Notes under the pieces: generated by a model
The model's database searches: none
Told to the model about the DNA's origin: nothing
What the model saw: the letters and a program-made list of their open reading frames with translations, nothing else
Shown here: positions 35,813-45,903 of the stretch, in pieces
Position numbering within the stretch: the stretch's first letter is position 1
Layout: each line of letters opens with the position of its first letter
Source of the DNA: Polyangiaceae bacterium
Lineage (GTDB): Bacteria > Myxococcota_A > Polyangia > Polyangiales > Polyangiaceae
Reading direction: 5' to 3'
Length of the DNA stretch: 64,000 bases
Assembly: GCA_044376115.1 (NCBI GenBank)
Contig: JBILLK010000008.1
Span: 288,001-352,000 of the forward strand
Position numbers and translations under genes: made by a program

Positions 35813-36437
35813 GCGAGACTGGGCTTCTTTGTTCCTCCTGCTGGCCGCCTGCGAGCAGAGCGCTCCAGTTCGCGCGCCCGCGAAGCCGCTCCCGAGCACC
35901 TCCGCCGAGAACGGCGACCGTTTAACTGAGTTCGGCGTCTTCCCTTCAAAGCGCTTTGGAGTCGACCTGCCGCTGCCGACAGAGCTCGAGCCCTGGAAGA
36001 TCGATGATTCCAGGGGGCCGTGGTTGAGTGCCTCGCAGGGCACGCACTCCACCGTGTTGCTGCGCATGTGGCGCTCCGAGAACCGCATGAATCGCGACAA
36101 ATGCGAAGCGCAAGCCCGCGAAATGCGCGCTCTCCCCAATCGGGAGGACAGCGAGCTGCTCGAGGTCTTCGCAGCAGAAGCTCCGCCGGGGTTCGACACC
36201 CAAGCGGAGGTGCGCCTCGCGACTTCCACCGATGGCCGGTTGTTCGGCTTTACGCTCGCATTCGGCGGCCTTGGGCGGCGTTGTTTCGCCTACGTGTTCG
36301 TCACCAGCGACAAGAGCGTCGCGAAAGATCGCGTGGTGGGCGACCGGCTTGCCATAATGCTCGAGCGATCCTTTCGTAAGCTGCGCTTCGAAAGGGACAC
36401 AGAGTTCGTCCCGAGCCGCGAGCCGGGCGTCGACTAA
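35790..36437 (+). CDS. Hypothetical lipoprotein
   Basis: Lipobox LLLAAC; start inferred at ATG 35790. Confidence 0.7.
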   Translation: MVRRVLTKRDWASLFLLLAACEQSAPVRAPAKPLPSTSAENGDRLTEFGVFPSKRFGVDLPLPTELEPWKIDDSRGPWLSASQGTHSTVLLRMWRSENRMNRDKCEAQAREMRALPNREDSELLEVFAAEAPPGFDTQAEVRLATSTDGRLFGFTLAFGGLGRRCFAYVFVTSDKSVAKDRVVGDRLAIMLERSFRKLRFERDTEFVPSREPGVD

Positions 36438-36497
36438 GCCGCCTGAACCGACGGAGCCGAGTCGTCATTGCGCGCGCATGGCCAGGGAAGTAGACAG

Positions 36498-37463
36498 ATG
36501 CCGATGATCGGCTCTGACCGCCTCCGTGTCGCCAGCTTGTGCCTACTTGCATCCACCGCGCTCGCGTGCGGCTACACCAAGGAGGAGTATCAACTTCAAG
36601 GTGACAAGCTCACCCGTGCAGAAGCCAAGCTGCGCACCGCTGACCAACGGGCCGATGAGGCCTCGGCGGAGCTCGAGGTCGCGAAAGAGCAACTCACCGA
36701 TCTCGAAAAGAAGATGCGTCTCCTCGGGATCGATGTTGAGGCGGAAACGCGGCCCGGAGAGCTGGCAGCGACGATCGCCGAGCGAGAGCGGGCCCTCGCT
36801 GAGCACCGCGCGCGACAAGCCAAGCTCGGGGAGATCCGCGCACGGCTGGCGCTCCTCCGCAGCCGCTTGGCGACACTGCGAGAACGTGGTGTTGCGGTCG
36901 TTGTACGCGACAACCACGTAGCCATCGAAGTCGCGGGGGACCTGCTTTTTGACGCCGCCAAGGACAAGCTGAAGGCCGACGGCAAAGACGTGCTCACCGA
37001 GATCGGCACCTTGCTGAAGAACGAGCCGAGTCTCGCCGGCAGGAGCTATCAGATCGCTGGCCACGTGGACGACACCGCGACGAAGTCACGCCAAGCAGCG
37101 ATCGCTTTGAGCGCGAACCGCGCTGCCGCCGTGCTCGGCTTTCTCAGCGATCCGAAGGGCGCAGCCGTCGATCGCAAGCTGCTGAGCGCCGCCGGGTTTG
37201 GCGCTGAAGCGCCGCTCGACAACGCCAACGAGGAGGATGCTCGCAAGCGCAACCGCCGCCTCGAGATCGTCCTTGTGCCTGCCGCCGGGGAGCTGCTCGA
37301 CCTGCGTGCACTCGCCGAAGCGCCCCCGAAGCCGGCGGGCCCGGCCAAGCCTGCTGCGGCCGAGAAACCTGCCGCGCCGGAGAAGCCTGCCGCACCTGCG
37401 AAGCCCGCGGAACCGGCGAAGCCTGCTGCGCCCGCGAAGCCCGCGGAACCGGCGAAGCCGTAG
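36498..37463 (+). CDS. OmpA/MotB-family lipoprotein with coiled coil and Pro/Ala/Lys tail
   Basis: ALAC lipobox, IAGHVD, LSANRA, RNRRLEIVL. Confidence 0.88.
   Translation: MPMIGSDRLRVASLCLLASTALACGYTKEEYQLQGDKLTRAEAKLRTADQRADEASAELEVAKEQLTDLEKKMRLLGIDVEAETRPGELAATIAERERALAEHRARQAKLGEIRARLALLRSRLATLRERGVAVVVRDNHVAIEVAGDLLFDAAKDKLKADGKDVLTEIGTLLKNEPSLAGRSYQIAGHVDDTATKSRQAAIALSANRAAAVLGFLSDPKGAAVDRKLLSAAGFGAEAPLDNANEEDARKRNRRLEIVLVPAAGELLDLRALAEAPPKPAGPAKPAAAEKPAAPEKPAAPAKPAEPAKPAAPAKPAEPAKP
37324..37460 (+). repeat. About 7.5 x 18-bp coding repeat (AKPAAP/AKPAEP)
   Basis: gcgaagcccgcggaaccg / gcgaagcctgctgcgccc units. Confidence 0.85.
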
Positions 37464-37487
37464 GCGAAGGGCAAGCCTAGTGGCAGC

Positions 37488-39191
37488 CTACGGTTGCCAC
37501 TTCACAAGATACATATCGATGCCCTTGGCGCTCGTGGGGGCGTAGGTCATTCCAGTGCCAAAATCGATCGCTGCTCCGGACACCATCAATCCAGCGATGT
37601 CGCTTGAGTTCGGGTCCGTGGCTACAGCGAAGAAGGTCTGAAGCGGTCCTGGCCCGCCGATCGCCTTGGCCCATCGAGTCTTTCCATCTGGCTGAATCGA
37701 TGCGAGGATGCCATCGGAGTCGCCCGCACTCGAAACCACATGGCCATCTCCAAAATCGGCAGACCCAAACAGCATGCTGCCAAGCACGAGGTTATCGGCA
37801 GCATCAAACACCAGGCCGAACGGGGGACCTTCATCCAGTCCTTGTGCCAGTGAATCCCCGTACTGTTTGGTCCACGTCGTCGATCCGTTGTTTCCGAGCT
37901 TCCAGATGAGGATGTCGGAACCGCCGTCCGCTGCGGGGTCCGACGAAGCACCTACAGCCGGGTCTAAATGAGTGTCAGCGTTTAGGTTGGCAAGCACCGC
38001 TGGCGCTCCAGTTGAATCGGCGGTGAGACCACGGAAGGAAACGTTTCCGTTGGCGCAGGACCTCCACAGCGGAGCGCCGTTCATTCCTAAGCGCGTGACC
38101 TGTAGATTGTTGAGATCACCGCTGAAGAACCCACACTGGTTGGCGCCTTCGAGATTGTGTTCGTAAAGCACGGCGAGATACAGCGCGTCGCCGTCCACCT
38201 TCGGCCAAACAAAAGGCGGAGAGAAACCGTAGTTGAAGCTGTACTCAAACACGTTGGCCCACTGAGCCACGCCCGTAGGTGACGCTCGTACGACGAATGC
38301 TCCGAAATCATCGGTTTGGGGGCCGACGGCAGTAAATGACCCGCCAAAGTTGATCGTCCGATCGGTCTCTCCAGTAACGAGAAAGTCACCGTTAGCAAAG
38401 GCGTAAGCTCTGCCCGTATCGTCACCAGGTCCGCCAAACGCCCTGACGTTGCTGATCGTTCCGTCGGTCGGATTGATACCAAAGACGGCGAAGTCTCGTT
38501 GACCGGCCGAGGTGAAGGAAGTGCCTCCGAGCACCGTAACGCCGGTAAAATTCGCCGACCCTAGCAACCCTCCGTTTGGGAGACGGGAGATCCACAGCGT
38601 CTCTACGTCGTACTTGCGACTCCAGCGAAGAGTGCCGTTGGACTCAAACGTCGCCGCGAACGAACTCGTGGTAGCCGAGGTCAACAGCGTTGCAGGGGTA
38701 TCCCCCAGGTTCATGGCACCACGAAAACTGCCAGCAATGGTGATTGAGCCGTCACTGCCGACATCAACGAGATAGGCGAACGCCGATTCGGTTGCTGTAA
38801 TCGGCTTCACCCATACAGAATCGGAGCAAGCCGTTCCGTCGCAATCCTCGTCTCCACGTGCATCGCAGTTCTCAGACTGCGGAAGGGTCTGCCCCTCACA
38901 CGCCCCAAATTGCCCATCGACGCATGACTTGAGTCCCTGCTTGCAAGAACCCACACCAGCAAGGCTAGGGTCCGCGTCGAAGCACTCCTTCGTGTCTCCA
39001 TCGCCACAAACGGACTGACCTCCGCCGCCGGTGGCAGCGCCAGCAGAGCCGCCCGCGCCGAGGCCGCCTCCTCCCCCGGTAGAGGTGGCGTCGGTTGGAA
39101 CGAAGTTTCCTTCCTCAATGCCGAAGATCAATCCACAACCCGCAAGCGGGCCAAGACAAAGGAGCGTAGCCAGTAGGGAGGGTCGAGACAT
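37488..39191 (-). CDS. Lipoprotein with Gly linker, Cys-rich module and beta-propeller-like repeats
   Basis: LAGC lipobox; GVGSCKQG..SC....GACEG..P..ENCD..DEDCDG; repeated G...W...FG motifs. Confidence 0.8.
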   Translation of the reverse strand: MSRPSLLATLLCLGPLAGCGLIFGIEEGNFVPTDATSTGGGGGLGAGGSAGAATGGGGQSVCGDGDTKECFDADPSLAGVGSCKQGLKSCVDGQFGACEGQTLPQSENCDARGDEDCDGTACSDSVWVKPITATESAFAYLVDVGSDGSITIAGSFRGAMNLGDTPATLLTSATTSSFAATFESNGTLRWSRKYDVETLWISRLPNGGLLGSANFTGVTVLGGTSFTSAGQRDFAVFGINPTDGTISNVRAFGGPGDDTGRAYAFANGDFLVTGETDRTINFGGSFTAVGPQTDDFGAFVVRASPTGVAQWANVFEYSFNYGFSPPFVWPKVDGDALYLAVLYEHNLEGANQCGFFSGDLNNLQVTRLGMNGAPLWRSCANGNVSFRGLTADSTGAPAVLANLNADTHLDPAVGASSDPAADGGSDILIWKLGNNGSTTWTKQYGDSLAQGLDEGPPFGLVFDAADNLVLGSMLFGSADFGDGHVVSSAGDSDGILASIQPDGKTRWAKAIGGPGPLQTFFAVATDPNSSDIAGLMVSGAAIDFGTGMTYAPTSAKGIDMYLVKWQP

Positions 39192-39230
39192 GAAAGACCT
39201 GCTTGCGATGAGGTGCTCGTTGAGCTGTGC

Positions 39231-41000
39231 TCAGTTGAACTGAATCGACGGGCTTGCGGTTCCCGTCGCACCAGCGTTTCCAGGTGTCCCGTCCGAACGC
39301 ACGCCAGCCGCACCACCAAAGCCAGCGACGCCAGTAGTACACGAGTTCGAGCTGAACACGTGGACGACAGAAGCGCGGCGACCGAGGCACGCGCTCGGGC
39401 CACCGCCACCGCCAGCACCAGGACCACCGCCGCCGCCGATCCCGCCGTCACCGCCAGCCCCGCCAGGCCCCCCTTGGTCGTTGCCACTGCTTGTGGGACC
39501 GCCGGCACCCTTGTTCTGACCTGCAGCTCCGTTACCGCCATCCCCGCCATTTCCGCCGGAAGCAGTGAAGATCTCGTTGTCGGTCACAGTGATGTTCGCC
39601 CCTGCAGCAAAGACGCCAAAACTACCGCCACCACCACCGCCACCGAGCCCAGGGGGGCCGCCGAGACCACCGCAACCCCCAGCCCCGCCACCGCCACCCG
39701 TGTCAGCGTTGCAAAAAATGAAGGCTTCCCCGCCGCCGCCACCACCACCACCACCACCGCCGCCACGACCGTTGGTACCCTGGACGCCGTTTCCACCGTT
39801 TGCCGGTACATAGCCGCTGGAGTTCGCCGTCCCAATGGCAAGACCTGCAGCACCACCTGCACCTGGCGTTCCGTTGGCACCAGCAGTCCCTGTTCCACCC
39901 GGGTTGCCGTCGGTGCTGGTGCTGCAGCTCTCATTGGCACCGCCGCCACCACCCATCGCGCCACCGCTTCCAACCAAGCCGGCCTGACCGTTGCCGCTGT
40001 TGTAGCCGCCATTTCCGCCCTTGCCGCCAGGCTCGGCACAGACCGGCGCCGGTGCGCCCGTGCCACAGTTTTGCCCCTCACAACCGGCGCCGCCCTGACC
40101 TCCGTTGGGCGCCGTCGCTGGAGAGGGCGGCGCCCCATCCATCCCATCCGCCCCATCGGCTCCAGCGGCCACGGTGATTGAGTTGTAACGCACGAAGACC
40201 TCACCGAGCCCGCCGGCAACGAATACACCGTAAGCGCTCTGTCCGGCGCCTGCGGGCGTGGAGACGTTGATGCTCAGCCCTTCGATATGCGCTTCATTGC
40301 TGACCGTCGGGATGGCGATCGCGGTGCCAGAGGCCTGAATGGTGGTTACGACACCGGGCTTGCGTCGGAATTTGAAGTCAGGGTCCTGATGGTCGAAGCC
40401 ACCGTACAAGCTGAGGTTGTCCGGCAAGGTGATCGTCCCGACGTAAATCTCGCCCGAGAGGCAGACCGCGGGAACCGAGTTAGCGGTTGCAACTTCGATC
40501 GCCTTCGCGATCGACTGCACCGGCGAATTCCGCGTTCCAGCGCCGGCCGTGTCATCGCCCTGCGATACAGAAACGTAGACGCACGCCTCTGCAACGCCGT
40601 CGGTACCGTCACAGTTCTCGTCGGTGAAGTCCTCGTCGATCGCGTCCTCCGCGGAGACCACGGTGCACGCGTACTCGCAACCGCACTCACCAGTAAGCGG
40701 GTTCTGATCGATGTCTTGCGTGTTCGGCAGACAGCCGGCCGCGCATGGGTCGGCTCCGCCCATACCGCCCTCCCCCGCCGTTCCACCGCTGCCACCGAGC
40801 CCGCCAACGCCGCCCGTTCCGGCCTCACCGCCGCCGCCACTGCTCGATGCGCCGGCCGTACCGCTGCTCGAACTCGTTCCTCCTCCTCCGGTCGCGTCGC
40901 TTCCACCACCCGTGGGGTTGGGCGGGTCTCCTTCTGCACACGCAACGAAGGGCAACACCGCGAGAACGAGACCCAAAGAAGTTCGAAGATAGCTGGGCAT
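39231..41000 (-). CDS. Gly-rich (PGRS-like) surface lipoprotein with DUF1565-like beta-helix cap
   Basis: VAC lipobox, DENCDG.DG, YVS..G.D...GT...P..SI..AI, long GGxG repeats. Confidence 0.8.
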   Translation of the reverse strand: MPSYLRTSLGLVLAVLPFVACAEGDPPNPTGGGSDATGGGGTSSSSGTAGASSSGGGGEAGTGGVGGLGGSGGTAGEGGMGGADPCAAGCLPNTQDIDQNPLTGECGCEYACTVVSAEDAIDEDFTDENCDGTDGVAEACVYVSVSQGDDTAGAGTRNSPVQSIAKAIEVATANSVPAVCLSGEIYVGTITLPDNLSLYGGFDHQDPDFKFRRKPGVVTTIQASGTAIAIPTVSNEAHIEGLSINVSTPAGAGQSAYGVFVAGGLGEVFVRYNSITVAAGADGADGMDGAPPSPATAPNGGQGGAGCEGQNCGTGAPAPVCAEPGGKGGNGGYNSGNGQAGLVGSGGAMGGGGGANESCSTSTDGNPGGTGTAGANGTPGAGGAAGLAIGTANSSGYVPANGGNGVQGTNGRGGGGGGGGGGGGEAFIFCNADTGGGGGAGGCGGLGGPPGLGGGGGGGSFGVFAAGANITVTDNEIFTASGGNGGDGGNGAAGQNKGAGGPTSSGNDQGGPGGAGGDGGIGGGGGPGAGGGGGPSACLGRRASVVHVFSSNSCTTGVAGFGGAAGVRSDGTPGNAGATGTASPSIQFN

Positions 41001-41147
41001 GAAGGGATCATTTCAGCACCCCGGGCGATCTTCAACCCCGCGCGCAGAAAAATCGCGGGAAGTCCTCAAGAGGCGTCCTCAAAGGTGAGGCAACCGCCCA
41101 AGCGCGAAAATTTGGCCCAATCATGCAGGTTATGACACCCAGCAGGC

Positions 41148-42437
41148 ATGAGCCGCTCAGCGAATACCGCAGCGAGGAGCCCGCTTCGTGGGCCTTTGCC
41201 TCGTAACGTCCGCCGAGCAGAGTTCGCTCAGCGGGTGGGCCAACGTACGCGACCTGCAGCGCAATCCTTCCTAACAAACTCCCCAACCCCGCCCCCTGCA
41301 GTCGTCTTGCCTCGAGAACTCGCCGCAGCCGCGGCCTTCTCGGATGAAGTTGCCGAGACGGCATGGCCGCCGTCCCCGCGGGTTCCGCGGCTCCTTCTCG
41401 TGGCCTTCGCCATGCTGGGCCTCTTGGTCGTGGCAGGGATTCGGCGCTTCACCTTGGAGGGCCCTGAGTTTTCGGCCTCCACCTCGCTATTCCAACTCGT
41501 CCCCTTCAGCCGCGGTAGCGAGCCTCACTTCTTCGACACCTTGCTGCTCGGAGAACGAGCCCATCCGGCGCTCGCCTCGGTCGACACCGACACGAGCGAT
41601 CCCGAGCCAACCATCCGTCGTGAAGGCCACGTGAGCATTCCGGGCGGCATTTTGGTTTTCCCCTCGACGTTTCAGCCGACGAGCGACGGAACCTACGATC
41701 TCATCATCCACTTCCACGGCAACACCAAGGTGGTCAAAGAGAGCGTCGAGGTCGCGAACATCAACGCAGCCGTTGCGATCATCAACCTCGGCATCGGCTC
41801 CGCTCCCTACGAGGAGTACTACGGCGTCCCTGGGACCTACGAGGAGCTGCTCGATACCATCGACTCTGGCATCCACCGGCGAGGCGTGCAGCACCCCAAG
41901 CTGCGACGCGTCGCCCTCTCCGCCTGGAGCGCGGGCTACGGCAGCGTAGCGACGATCATGCAGCTTCGTCGGGGACGCGAGGACCTCGACGCCGTGCTGA
42001 TGTTCGACGGCATCCACGCAGGCTGGGAGGGCGAAGGGGTTCTCAATCCAAGGCAAATGAAGCCGTTCGTCGACATCGCGAAGAAGGCCGCGCTCGGCGG
42101 TGAACTCTACTTCGGGATGACCCACAGCGCGATCGACCCGGTGACGTACGCAGGGACGGCTGTCACAGCGCAGTACCTGATCAAGGCGGTGGGTGCGGCG
42201 AGTGAAGTCCGCGATAGCCTCAAGGACGCGCCTCCCTACGTGAACCTCGAGAGCATGAAGGGCGCCGTCTCGAAACGGCTCGAGAAGACCATGGAGCCCA
42301 CGCTGGAGGCCCACAAGCTCAACTTCCACGTGCTCGGCTATCGCGGTGAAACCAAGGAGCACCATATGGCGCACTTGTTTCAGATGAGCGCCACCCTGCT
42401 CCCCCAGCTGCGAGAGCGCTGGGCCAATCCGCGCTGA
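41148..42437 (+). CDS. Membrane-anchored alpha/beta-hydrolase-fold protein
   Basis: One TM helix; IIHFHG, LSAWSAGY nucleophile elbow, DGIH. Confidence 0.7.
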   Translation: MSRSANTAARSPLRGPLPRNVRRAEFAQRVGQRTRPAAQSFLTNSPTPPPAVVLPRELAAAAAFSDEVAETAWPPSPRVPRLLLVAFAMLGLLVVAGIRRFTLEGPEFSASTSLFQLVPFSRGSEPHFFDTLLLGERAHPALASVDTDTSDPEPTIRREGHVSIPGGILVFPSTFQPTSDGTYDLIIHFHGNTKVVKESVEVANINAAVAIINLGIGSAPYEEYYGVPGTYEELLDTIDSGIHRRGVQHPKLRRVALSAWSAGYGSVATIMQLRRGREDLDAVLMFDGIHAGWEGEGVLNPRQMKPFVDIAKKAALGGELYFGMTHSAIDPVTYAGTAVTAQYLIKAVGAASEVRDSLKDAPPYVNLESMKGAVSKRLEKTMEPTLEAHKLNFHVLGYRGETKEHHMAHLFQMSATLLPQLRERWANPR

Positions 42438-42455
42438 GCTTCAGGCAGCGGGACA

Positions 42456-42551
42456 AATGACTCGTGCCAAAGTCGAAGGACAACGGGGCCTTCGGCCGTT
42501 TTCAGAAGAGGGCACGAGTCATTCTGTCTGCTGCATCAACCTCCGGTTGAA
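42456..42551. repeat. Third copy of the palindromic element (module A plus tail)
   Basis: aatgactcgtgcc (42456-42468)...ggccttcggcc...ggcacgagtcatt (42511-42523) ctgtctgctgcatcaacctccggttgaa. Confidence 0.9.
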
Positions 42552-42590
42552 ACAAGAACTGGCGGGTCGATGGCCCGCCAGTCTTGTTTT
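42550..42590. terminator. Bidirectional terminator between convergent genes
   Basis: aaacaag(a)actggcggg-tcgatgg-cccgccagtcttgtttt. Confidence 0.8.
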
Positions 42591-42628
42591 GTCTGCACTC
42601 GATTCGTCTGCGCTCGTGAGCGAGTCGG

Positions 42629-44068
42629 TCAGCCCTCGAACGCCGTTCCGGTGAGGTCCGGCAGGATCTTGTCCGACCCCGAGACGCCCTGGTTCGGCGG
42701 GTTATTGGTGCCGTACCAACCCTGCAATCCGTGAGGCTCCATATCGCCGACCGAAGTCGCCGCCGGATTGAACGCCTTCAAAACCGTCAGCAGACAGTCG
42801 CTGGTGTTGCCCGCCGCGTTGTAGCTCCCTTCGTCCTCGGTCATCCGCGGAACCGCTTGATAGTGGTACTTGCCCTTCAACGTGTCGCGCGCTTTACCGA
42901 TGAGAATGTAGGGCTGCCTCGAGACCGTGTGTGTTAGCCCCACCGAACAGTCGCTACCCGCCAGAACAACGCCAGTATCGAGCAGGTTCTGGCCGGTCAC
43001 GTCCACCGTCGCCTTCATGCGGGTGCAAAGATCAGCGAGCCGCTGCATCGAGTAGACCACGCCTTGGTGGACCTCCTCCTGCGCACCGCCGTCGTGGGTG
43101 TTGTTGTGGTGAGCCGTGGTCTGCCCGATTTCGGCGTAGTTGGCCTCAGCTGCGCCCCCGAGGAAAAAGACGCTGGCCACGCGGGTGACGTCGCACGCCA
43201 TCGCAGCACAAATGAGATCGGCCATCGCGTTGTTCACGCTGGTCAGCGGCTCCACGGAAGTGTTCGGGTCATTCGTCTCGGTTGGTTGGTCGGGAGCTTC
43301 ACAGCTTGGGGGCTCAGTGTTGATGCGCTCCTCCAACTCACGCAGACCGTCCAAGTGCGCCTCGATACGCTCCTTATCGATCTTGCCGAGTCGCCCCTGG
43401 AGCTTCTTTGCGTCTTCGCGAACCGCGTCGATCACGCTCAATCGTAGTGCGCTGTCGTCTGGCTTATCTTGGAATTCGCTGAAGAGAGTCTGCCAGACCT
43501 TCTGCGGGTTGAACTCCGGGTAAAGCGCCTCATTGGGACCGCGATGAGACACCGCGAACATCGTGGTGCCGCTGTCCATCACGCTCCAGCGCCGTGACAC
43601 GCCCACCTGGATCGAGCGCAACAACGGCTTCGGCGTCGACGTCGCCTCGATGTGGTCGGCGATCACCTGGTCGATCGTCGGGCCGCCGGACTTTGAGTAA
43701 AGCCCCGAGAGCTCGGTCATCGAGTAGCCGCTCCAGGCCGTCATTCCTTCATGGTGGGTAACCTGCGTACGACACCAGTTCTGGAGCCCTGTGGCGATCT
43801 TGAGGTACTCCTCAACGTCCACGAGCGGCGCGAGTTCTTCACTCAGGGCGAAGTTCTCGCCCGTGGTGGTCGGCTCCAAGCGCTCGAGTCGAAACCCGTT
43901 GCCGATGAAGTACGTGATGAACTGCTTCGGCAGTGGGCTTCCGTCGGCGAGCGCCGTGCCGTTGCGGTTCAGCATCGCCTCCAGCAGGGGCAACCCAACC
44001 GTTGCAGTAGCGAAGGTTCCAAGGGAACCACGGAGGATGTGACGACGACTTAGGGCGAACTTGCTCAT
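42629..44068 (-). CDS. DUF1552-family protein (Tat signal)
   Basis: SRRHILRG..LPLLEAM, TIDQVIA, NPQKVWQTLF, AMACDVTRVA. Confidence 0.85.
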   Translation of the reverse strand: MSKFALSRRHILRGSLGTFATATVGLPLLEAMLNRNGTALADGSPLPKQFITYFIGNGFRLERLEPTTTGENFALSEELAPLVDVEEYLKIATGLQNWCRTQVTHHEGMTAWSGYSMTELSGLYSKSGGPTIDQVIADHIEATSTPKPLLRSIQVGVSRRWSVMDSGTTMFAVSHRGPNEALYPEFNPQKVWQTLFSEFQDKPDDSALRLSVIDAVREDAKKLQGRLGKIDKERIEAHLDGLRELEERINTEPPSCEAPDQPTETNDPNTSVEPLTSVNNAMADLICAAMACDVTRVASVFFLGGAAEANYAEIGQTTAHHNNTHDGGAQEEVHQGVVYSMQRLADLCTRMKATVDVTGQNLLDTGVVLAGSDCSVGLTHTVSRQPYILIGKARDTLKGKYHYQAVPRMTEDEGSYNAAGNTSDCLLTVLKAFNPAATSVGDMEPHGLQGWYGTNNPPNQGVSGSDKILPDLTGTAFEG

Positions 44069-44078
44069 GGTCTTCCGC

Positions 44079-45713
44079 TCACTTCGGTAGGCCGACGTTG
44101 AGGAACGCCGGGCTTGCAACGATCTCGATCATCAGGTCCTGAATCCGATAGCCGCTGTCAGCGAAGTTCTTTTCAATTTCGCTGATCGCGGCGGCCTCAC
44201 CCTCAACCTCAACACGCCCCATCGCTTGACGGAGAAAGTGCGAGACGAAGCAGGATGGGCTGTTGTCTCGAGCGATCTTCGCGAGGTCGGCAGGCCCCGC
44301 AAAGCTGAGGTTCCCCGAGGTATCCTCGGTGACGATCGGCTCGCCGTTCTCGGTCTCTCGATACCGCCCCACCGTATCGAAGTGCTCGAACGCCAGACCG
44401 ATCGGGTCCATCAGCTCGTGACAGGACGCGCACGATGGCTGCAAATGAGCCTCCAAGCGCTCACGCATCGTCTTGAAGTCGCCGTCAGGCAGAGAGGCAT
44501 CCACTCCCGGTGGGGGAGCCGGAATGCTGCGGCACATGAAGCGCTCCCGGAAGAAGCGCCCTCGCTTCGTTGGGGAGGTGCCGTCCGGATGAGCGAATTT
44601 GGCCAACAAGCCGGCCTTCCCGAAGATGCCTTGTCGTTCGCCATCCGTGGGCAACTCAACTTTTTGCCAACCACCCGCAGCCGCTTGGACCCCGTAGAAG
44701 TCAGCCAAAAGTGGATTCACAAAGGTCTCCGTCGAATCGAACATGTTCCGGATATCGCCGTCCTGCGCCCACACGATATCGGACAGGAACCGCAGCATTT
44801 CTTCCTGCATCGAGGCGGCCAAGGCGTCATTCCAGTTGGGCTCGATCAGCGGGTCCTTGGTGACGTCAGCGATCTCGCGGATCAAGTAAAGCTCCGAGAA
44901 AAAGCGGTCCATCGCGCGGCGTGCTTCGGGTTTGGCCAGCAGCCGCTCCGCCTGTTCACGTACCCCCGCGTCGGTCTCGAGCTGGCCAGACTTTGCGGCC
45001 TCGAGCAGTTCCACATCAGGGGTCTGGTGGTTCAAGAAGAAGGAGAGCCGAGAGGCCCTCTCGTACGGAGCGAGCGGAGTGCGCAGACCAGCACTCTCAC
45101 CAAGCTCGGCTTGATAGAGAAAGTTCGGGGACTGAAAGACGGCGCTCAGCATGTACCGGAGCCCAGCATCGAAATCCCCGGAGGCCCAGGCTTGGCCTTG
45201 CGACGCGATGGCGAGCAGCCGCGTGCGCTCATCCTCCGCTACCGGCCTGCGCCACGCGACGCTTACGAACTGGTCGACGACCTCGCCGTAACAAGCCTCA
45301 TTCGGCGACGCTGAGATGCAGGGAGCAAAACCAGCCAGGTGACTTGGATCCGCGAGCGAGGTGTCGAGTGCCACCCCCACCGTGAGCTCCAAGTTCGAGA
45401 CGTCGTTGGCGCTCAGCGAAAGCTCGGCGGCCGCGATCGACTCGAAGCCCTTCAGCTGCGGATCCGTCCACAAGTCGAAGGTCGCCGCAGCGTCCGCGCC
45501 CAACAGGTACTCAACCGAGTACTTCATTTGTGAGGTGGTCAACCGCCGTATACCAGCCGGGCCCGGCGTAATCTCGTCGACGTTCACGCCTCCGCCACTG
45601 CCGCCGCTACCGTCGCTGTCGTCTCCGCAGCCGCTGCTTAACGAGGCCGTGCCGAAGCAAGCAGCCAAGGGCGCCAGAAGGCCGACAAGACTCGAGAACC
45701 GTCCGTGCTTCAC
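44079..45713 (-). CDS. DUF1592/DUF1588-family lipoprotein with CxxCH motif
   Basis: GGAGG plus GTG at 45713; RRLT, SPNFLY, ASRLSFFL, TSPTKRG, CASCH..MDPIGLAFEHFD.VGRYR. Confidence 0.85.
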   Translation of the reverse strand: MKHGRFSSLVGLLAPLAACFGTASLSSGCGDDSDGSGGSGGGVNVDEITPGPAGIRRLTTSQMKYSVEYLLGADAAATFDLWTDPQLKGFESIAAAELSLSANDVSNLELTVGVALDTSLADPSHLAGFAPCISASPNEACYGEVVDQFVSVAWRRPVAEDERTRLLAIASQGQAWASGDFDAGLRYMLSAVFQSPNFLYQAELGESAGLRTPLAPYERASRLSFFLNHQTPDVELLEAAKSGQLETDAGVREQAERLLAKPEARRAMDRFFSELYLIREIADVTKDPLIEPNWNDALAASMQEEMLRFLSDIVWAQDGDIRNMFDSTETFVNPLLADFYGVQAAAGGWQKVELPTDGERQGIFGKAGLLAKFAHPDGTSPTKRGRFFRERFMCRSIPAPPPGVDASLPDGDFKTMRERLEAHLQPSCASCHELMDPIGLAFEHFDTVGRYRETENGEPIVTEDTSGNLSFAGPADLAKIARDNSPSCFVSHFLRQAMGRVEVEGEAAAISEIEKNFADSGYRIQDLMIEIVASPAFLNVGLPK

Positions 45714-45903
45714 ACGTCCTCCAAGGCCGCTTGCGCGGCTTTCGCATTCACAAGAAGACCGAATAGTAGCTTGCTTGGAACCTGCCGCCAACCAATGCCA
45801 CTCGCACTGATGCCCGGCTTTCAGCGTTTTGATCTCAAAGTTGATCGCAGCTGCGAGCCAGTCTGTTCGCCCGGCTGGCCGCGGATCGAGTATTTGGGGG
45901 GCG

